From Candidatus Cloacimonadales bacterium (GTDB lineage Bacteria; Cloacimonadota; Cloacimonadia; Cloacimonadales; JAIOQZ01), in NCBI GenBank assembly GCA_963674825.1, contig OY771587.1, positions 3,648,001 to 3,712,000 on the forward strand: a stretch of 64,000 nt of DNA, read 5' to 3'. The notes under the pieces are model-generated. The model was not told where the DNA came from. It searched no databases and saw only the letters and a list, made by a program, of their open reading frames with translations. Both the position numbers and the translations under genes were made by a program. Position 1 is the stretch's first letter. Every line of letters starts with the position of its first letter. This document shows, piece by piece, positions 58,688-64,000 of the stretch.

Positions 58688-60367
58688 CTATCGTTGTATT
58701 CTCTGAATGATGTAAAAGCGCTTCGGTTCAGTTGCAGGTGCCATCCATGCATGATCGCGAACAAACGTTCCCGAAGTGTCCAGTTCGAATTCGCCATCCG
58801 GTGCGTCGGAAGAAAGAATGATATACTCATATCCACCGGCATCATCCCAGTTAATCATCACGACTCCCTCATCGACAATGATCTCGCATGTCTCGACGAT
58901 GTCATTTATAAGAACAGGCGCAATCGTGGTGATCTGGTCACTCAGGATTACCACGCTGTCCATGACGCAATCGAAGTAGCCATCTGCAGAGAATGTGATC
59001 TGATATGTCCCAGGCAAAAGCGGTCGCTCGAACCTACCCGTCGTAGCATCACAAAACCAGGGTTCTACGGGCGTCATTCCCGTCTGATCATCCAGACCGG
59101 TCACAGTCATGATCGCTTCGATGGGATTACCCGATTCATCGATTGCATGCCCATGCAGGCAGCTGTAATTGGGGCGATCAAGCATAATCAGCGCTGCCTG
59201 AAGGTTGGCGGCTTTGATTTGGTCGATGTAAGGTTGAGGAGGATAGTAACCACCATAACCGGCGTTGTTCACCTCGATAGTGAATCCGAATACGCGTTCC
59301 TCAGCATAAGACCAGTCGCCCATCGTACCCTGACAGGTATATACGAAATCCGATGCCTGAACCGGCGTGTAGTGGCCGGTTCCATCGATCTGCGGAATAG
59401 TGACAGCCATATTGACAGCAAGCTCTCCCATAATCTCATGATCGAGGCTGCATGCCCCATCAATATGCCCCAGCGGATAGATCACCCACTCTCCCGTCGA
59501 ATGATAGGTGATACCGCCCCAGAATTTTCGACTTTGGATCATATCGCGCATGTAAACTGCTTCGAGCTCCGAAAATTCGTATGGGCCTCGATAGATATGC
59601 GATCCATAGTAGCTCGATGTACCATTTGGTCCCCATACATACCCAAAATTACGATTCAGGTCTACACCATCCATGGTAGAGAAATCAGGCATTCCATCCT
59701 GGTCGGTATCGCGCATGTTTTTACGGTGAAAAGCGTGCCACTCCTGCACGGATACTTCATAACCATCCGGGTTGATCACCGGAATAACCCAGATCTGGTT
59801 GGTGTCGATCCAGTTGGTTACATCTGCATCAGTACCATAGTTTTCCAACAAATAGGTCAGGATGTGCATGGTCACTTCTACGCTGATCGTCTCACGTGCG
59901 TGGATACCACCGGAATAGAAGAAATTCGGTTCGTCCTCTTCGGTATCTGGATTATCGGAAAGCTTCATGCACAGCACATCGAACTGAAAATCCGAATAAT
60001 TGTCATTGCCATCGAGATACATCTGGTGGCAAGTCGTGGGGCCGAGTGTGTCGAGTCTGGTAATTTCAGAGTACATTGTTGCAAGTGTTTGGAGGCTGTC
60101 AATGATTGCAGCATAGGGCTGATATCCCGGAAGCATGCGTTGGTGAGTCGTGTATCGATAGCCATGATCGTTGAGATATTCTTGCGAAGTTTCATCGCCG
60201 ATAAAAACGATATTCGGTGGTTGTTGATGATATTCATCCAAAAGTTCGTTGTCAATGAGCCACTTGATGAGGGTCTCATCACCATTGGTTACGACGATCT
60301 CTTTCTGCTGTGAGAACAGGAAGACGGTCATCAATAGAATAGCAGAAAATACAAGAAGTTGTTTCAT
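58688..60367 (-). CDS. Secreted M14 zinc carboxypeptidase (short alternative C-terminal domain)
   Basis: GIHARE, INPDG, RKN, GVDLNRNF, TYHS, FTIE. Carboxypeptidase regulatory-like domain. No PNPFNP tail. Confidence 0.9.
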   Translation of the reverse strand: MKQLLVFSAILLMTVFLFSQQKEIVVTNGDETLIKWLIDNELLDEYHQQPPNIVFIGDETSQEYLNDHGYRYTTHQRMLPGYQPYAAIIDSLQTLATMYSEITRLDTLGPTTCHQMYLDGNDNYSDFQFDVLCMKLSDNPDTEEDEPNFFYSGGIHARETISVEVTMHILTYLLENYGTDADVTNWIDTNQIWVIPVINPDGYEVSVQEWHAFHRKNMRDTDQDGMPDFSTMDGVDLNRNFGYVWGPNGTSSYYGSHIYRGPYEFSELEAVYMRDMIQSRKFWGGITYHSTGEWVIYPLGHIDGACSLDHEIMGELAVNMAVTIPQIDGTGHYTPVQASDFVYTCQGTMGDWSYAEERVFGFTIEVNNAGYGGYYPPQPYIDQIKAANLQAALIMLDRPNYSCLHGHAIDESGNPIEAIMTVTGLDDQTGMTPVEPWFCDATTGRFERPLLPGTYQITFSADGYFDCVMDSVVILSDQITTIAPVLINDIVETCEIIVDEGVVMINWDDAGGYEYIILSSDAPDGEFELDTSGTFVRDHAWMAPATEPKRFYIIQRIQR

Positions 60368-62136
60368 TACTGCACCATCACGATTTTATGCGTTAAGGTG
60401 TTCTTTCCCGATTCCGCGCGAACCAGATACAGACCTGACGCAACGGCCTTCCCACGGTCATCGACGCCATTCCACTGCAATCGGAGCTGCGGCTGCTCGC
60501 ATTTACCATCGTACAACGCACGGACCCGGCGCCCTTTAACGTCATAGATAGTAACACTGACCTGCGCCACGCTGGGTAAATCAAGCACGATGCTGGTCTC
60601 GGGATTGAACGGATTTGGGTAGCTCTCAATCTTGCAGAACTGCGGCACAACATCGCTGTGCGCGCTGTTTGCAGACATCTGGACGTTGATTTCAGTGACA
60701 TCATTGCCAGTGATCTCGACATCGTTATAGGTTACATCGTTATATCCGTCACACTCGAACCGGACCGTGTAAGCCCCAGGAAGAAGCGGACGAATATAGC
60801 GCCCGAAAAGCTCGTTACTGCGCGAAGGCTCGACAGCCGTCATACCACTCTGGTTATCGATCTCCTCGATATAGACATCAGCCACGATCGGAGTATCATC
60901 CGTTCCCGTAACAACTCCCGTAAGCATCGAATTGGCAGGACGGTCGATGAAGATAAGCGCAGCTTCAAGATTGTCTGAACATATCTGATTCATCGTGTCG
61001 GCAGTTGGGAAATGTGTATTGCTCAGCTCAATGGTAAACGAGAAGATACGTTGCTCGGAGTATCCCCAATCACCCATGGTACCCTGACAGGTATAGCCGA
61101 AGTCCACTGCCTGGTTTGAAGTGTAAGTACCGGTTCCATCGATACGCGGAATTGTTGAAGCCATTTCATCCGAAAGAGCACCCATCACCTCGTGGTCATA
61201 AGAGCAGACACCGTTGAGATGCCCTAGTGGGTATAATACGTACTGACCGGACGAATGATAGGTTATCGCCCCCCAGAATCGACGGGATCTGATTAAATCG
61301 CGAAGATAAACCGTCTCCGGTTCCGACCATGCCTCGGGACCGTGATAGCTTTCCGAGTAATAGACATCGGAAGCGTTGTTGTTACCCCACACATATCCGA
61401 AATTCCGGTTGAGATCGACGCCATCGTTGGCCGAATAATCCGGCATCTGGTTGTTGTTGTTATCCCGCATGTTCTTGCGATGCCACAGATCGAGTTCCTC
61501 AATGCTGAGCTTGTGACCATCCGGGTTAATCAGCGGTACAAACCATATTTGGTAATTATCCACCATGGACGTGATTTCATCGTCTGTACCGTAATTTTCC
61601 AGTATATACTGCAAGACGGCCATCGATACTTCGACAGAGATCAATTCACGAGCGTGAATCGCGCCACCGATGAACACATTCGGTTCATCCTCTTCCATTT
61701 CAGGATTATCCGACACCTTAAGGCACCAAACTTCATGCTGGAAGTCTACATAGTTTTGCTTGCCCTCATTATAATAGATGGATCCCTGTGATGGGCCCAA
61801 TGATTCGAGCTGAACAATATCCCCGTACTGCTCAACGTATGATTGCAATTCTTCGGTCAATTCTGCGTAATTGTGGAACTGTTCGAGCTCTCGTGAGAGC
61901 TCTTCCCTGGTGCTGTGAATAGTGTATTCGTATCCGTTTTGAGTTAAAAAATCTATCAATGCGCTATCTGCAAAAAGCTCGATGATATTCGTATCATCCT
62001 GTTTGTAATAGCCTTGGCAAAATTCTTCAAGTTGTTGTACGAGCTTTTGATCAGGGTTATCGATTGTGATGTAAAAATCTTCTGAAAACAGAGTAATTGC
62101 GCAAAATAGAATCAGAATTGCAAGCCAGAATCTCAT
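60367..62136 (-). CDS. Secreted M14 zinc carboxypeptidase with FlgD-Ig/T9SS-type C-terminal domain
   Basis: AIHARE, INPDG, GVDLNRNF, TYHS, FTIE. YPNPFNPET...WNG.D...SGLY. Confidence 0.92.
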   Translation of the reverse strand: MRFWLAILILFCAITLFSEDFYITIDNPDQKLVQQLEEFCQGYYKQDDTNIIELFADSALIDFLTQNGYEYTIHSTREELSRELEQFHNYAELTEELQSYVEQYGDIVQLESLGPSQGSIYYNEGKQNYVDFQHEVWCLKVSDNPEMEEDEPNVFIGGAIHARELISVEVSMAVLQYILENYGTDDEITSMVDNYQIWFVPLINPDGHKLSIEELDLWHRKNMRDNNNNQMPDYSANDGVDLNRNFGYVWGNNNASDVYYSESYHGPEAWSEPETVYLRDLIRSRRFWGAITYHSSGQYVLYPLGHLNGVCSYDHEVMGALSDEMASTIPRIDGTGTYTSNQAVDFGYTCQGTMGDWGYSEQRIFSFTIELSNTHFPTADTMNQICSDNLEAALIFIDRPANSMLTGVVTGTDDTPIVADVYIEEIDNQSGMTAVEPSRSNELFGRYIRPLLPGAYTVRFECDGYNDVTYNDVEITGNDVTEINVQMSANSAHSDVVPQFCKIESYPNPFNPETSIVLDLPSVAQVSVTIYDVKGRRVRALYDGKCEQPQLRLQWNGVDDRGKAVASGLYLVRAESGKNTLTHKIVMVQ

Positions 62137-62173
62137 TGTTCCTCCGACAGAATATTGTTATTCATATTGCATT

Positions 62174-62191
62174 ATTCTCACACGTGAGAAT
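62174..62191. promoter_or_regulatory. Palindromic candidate operator
   Basis: ATTCTCAC-AC-GTGAGAAT in the divergent intergenic region. Confidence 0.45.
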
Positions 62192-62274
62192 TCAGCAAGA
62201 AAAAACCGATTTTTTTTCTTAACAGCATTTGCCTACATGGATAAAACGGATTCAGAAATAAAGGCAGGCTTGAT

Positions 62275-62787
62275 ATGTATATCATTAATCCAAACCAGCA
62301 CAGCGATCGGGAAGTTGCCGACGTCCTTGAGAAAAGAGGCGTTGAGCATTCCATCGTTATCGCATTGAAGCACCCAGATCAAATTGATTTATACAAACGA
62401 TTTAATCCGACATACTGTGTAGAGAAATTCACCGAGGATATCACCGAGGATTTATGCGTGAAGTGCATCGAAGATGGCTACCGCGTCATTACACCTGGTG
62501 AATACCGCAAGGCTCGTCTCACGAATCTACCGGAACTGGATACGCATCGTTTACCGCCAGAACTGGTAAAAGTAAGCCTCGGACTTATGAGCGCGTCGCT
62601 GAAAGAATGCCTGCGAATTGGAAGCATGGCTCTGGTTTGCCGAATTGTTGATTCAGGCGATAAAATCCTTGCCATTGGCGGTAGAAACGGGCGTCTGGAT
62701 ACCGCTGCTGTGATTCTTCCCGGATTCGCACCTGATTTTGTTGACGCGAAAGTTATTGAGATAAAATGTGCACCATACGATCAATGA
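62275..62787 (+). CDS. Hypothetical protein resembling standalone pyruvate-kinase C-terminal (PK_C)-like proteins
   Basis: SLKECLRIGSMA...KILAIGG...LDTAAVILP resembles the K.C.EI..MA.D.G...IAIGG...DTA.VI.P pattern. Confidence 0.5.
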   Translation: MYIINPNQHSDREVADVLEKRGVEHSIVIALKHPDQIDLYKRFNPTYCVEKFTEDITEDLCVKCIEDGYRVITPGEYRKARLTNLPELDTHRLPPELVKVSLGLMSASLKECLRIGSMALVCRIVDSGDKILAIGGRNGRLDTAAVILPGFAPDFVDAKVIEIKCAPYDQ

Positions 62788-62816
62788 AATATGATACATA
62801 ATGAGAGATTTTAAAA

Positions 62817-63587
62817 ATGAGAACGATTGACTTACCCAAAGAGATAGAGAATATCGTCGAATTCATCCGGCTTCAGTTGAAAAATGCCGGACTGAAACAT
62901 CTTGTCATTGGGCTTTCCGGCGGCATCGATTCGTCACTTGCAGCCGCACTGAGTGTGCAGGCAGTAGGTAAAGACAACGTCACCGGCTTCATGCTACCGT
63001 ATAAAGGCAGTCACCCGGACAGCCTCAACCATGCTAAAGAAGTAGCCGAACACCTCGGCATCAAGTATCACGTGGTTGAGATCACACCTATGGTAGACGC
63101 TTATTTTAACACCTACGAACCGGACGCGAACTCGCTGCGTCGCGGCAATCGCATGGCGCGCGAACGCATGTGCGTCCTTTACGACAATTCTGCGAAATAC
63201 GGCGCACTGGTTGTTGGTACCGGCAATAAAACCGAACTTCTGATCGGCTACGTTACTCAATACGGCGATGGCGCTTGTGCGTTCGAGCCGTTAGGGCATA
63301 TCTACAAGACAGAAGTCTGGGAGATGGCTCGTATGCTCGGATTACCCAGTTCGGTTATCGAGAAGAAACCGACCGCCGATCTCTGGGATGGACAGACCGA
63401 CGAAGACGAGCTGGGCATCACCTACGCGAAACTGGACGAAATCCTCTTCCGCATGATCGATATTGGCTGGACAAAAGAACAAATCGCTCAGGATGGATTC
63501 AACATAAAGGATATCGAGAAGGCAATCGAATTGCATCGAAAATCCGAATTCAAACGCAATCTACCTCCTGCACCGGAGCTTCAATAG
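62817..63587 (+). CDS. nadE: NH3-dependent NAD+ synthetase
   Basis: GLSGGIDSS, GN..AR.RM, GTGNKTE, YVTQYGDG, KPTADLW.GQTDE. No glutaminase domain. Confidence 0.95.
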   Translation: MRTIDLPKEIENIVEFIRLQLKNAGLKHLVIGLSGGIDSSLAAALSVQAVGKDNVTGFMLPYKGSHPDSLNHAKEVAEHLGIKYHVVEITPMVDAYFNTYEPDANSLRRGNRMARERMCVLYDNSAKYGALVVGTGNKTELLIGYVTQYGDGACAFEPLGHIYKTEVWEMARMLGLPSSVIEKKPTADLWDGQTDEDELGITYAKLDEILFRMIDIGWTKEQIAQDGFNIKDIEKAIELHRKSEFKRNLPPAPELQ

Positions 63588-64000
63588 TGAAACTATTCAA
63601 ATCGGACCGCTGTAAGCGATGCAAAACGCATCCGGGGCACCGATTTTGTATCCGGACAGCGAAAGATATCTGCTGGCACTGTTGTAACGAGTTGCGCTTG
63701 GACGGCAAATGTCCCGATACATGCCGCTATACGCCCAAGAAGCGTGATGACGAGATCTTCGCGACCGGCGTTAAGGTCGAGTCACGAAGCGAATTCCGCG
63801 ATTTCTTGAAAAAGATGATGAAGCGTTGGGCCTTTGAATCTCAAAGTATCTTCGACGGACGGATACCCATCAAGATGGCTGAGAATAAAGATCAGAAGGC
63901 CGAGCTTGAGACGATCGTCAACCAGCTTCAGGCAATCTCTGAACTGCCTGTCGATTACCTCGCCGACCTCCTGAATATCCGGCTTGAAGTAACCGAAGAA
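63587..64000 (+). CDS. Cys-rich hypothetical protein (3'-partial, absent from the ORF track)
   Basis: GTG overlaps the nadE TAG. MKLFKSDRCKRCKTHPGHRFCIRTAKDICWHCCNELRLDGKCPDTCRY... stays open to the window end (138 codons). Confidence 0.7.
   Translation, partial: MKLFKSDRCKRCKTHPGHRFCIRTAKDICWHCCNELRLDGKCPDTCRYTPKKRDDEIFATGVKVESRSEFRDFLKKMMKRWAFESQSIFDGRIPIKMAENKDQKAELETIVNQLQAISELPVDYLADLLNIRLEVTEE

Noticed and set aside
58694..60313. 539 aa ORF antisense to the M14 carboxypeptidase
   Set aside because: It is codon-register-aligned with the sense gene, so it only reflects avoidance of TTA/CTA/TCA codons. No motifs or RBS.

Overview
Gene-dense bacterial chromosomal window with no rRNA, tRNA, CRISPR array, transposase or prophage. 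Seven secreted proteins end in the same FlgD-Ig/T9SS-type C-terminal domain (PNPFNP.T.I...YN(I/V)(R/K)G...SG.Y...KM.L.K). Together with the anaerobic energy genes this suggests an FCB-group anaerobe, probably Cloacimonadota (inference). Main contents: (i) secreted hydrolases (FG-GAP protein, PD40 propeller, GH57, metallophosphoesterase, C25 gingipain-like peptidase, two tandem M14 carboxypeptidases); (ii) an 11-gene minus-strand cluster joining a four-subunit 2-oxoacid:ferredoxin oxidoreductase to HdrCBA, MvhDGA group-3c [NiFe] hydrogenase and its maturation protease; (iii) a TetR-linked Zn-ribbon/GlmL/barrel-sandwich triple fusion; (iv) a reduced pilM-pilP-like-pilQ-like operon coupled to a nonsense-disrupted endonuclease III-like gene and dtd; (v) signalling proteins (TPR-class III cyclase, multi-PAS hybrid kinase, REC-PAS-GGDEF with degenerate EAL); (vi) housekeeping genes (xth, nth, asnS, glutamine synthetase III, nadE); (vii) three families of intergenic REP-like repeats, two sigma54-type promoters, a candidate attenuator/riboswitch-like leader before an ABC binding protein, and a ~100 nt rod hairpin. 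All calls come from motif recognition by eye; no database searches were run.
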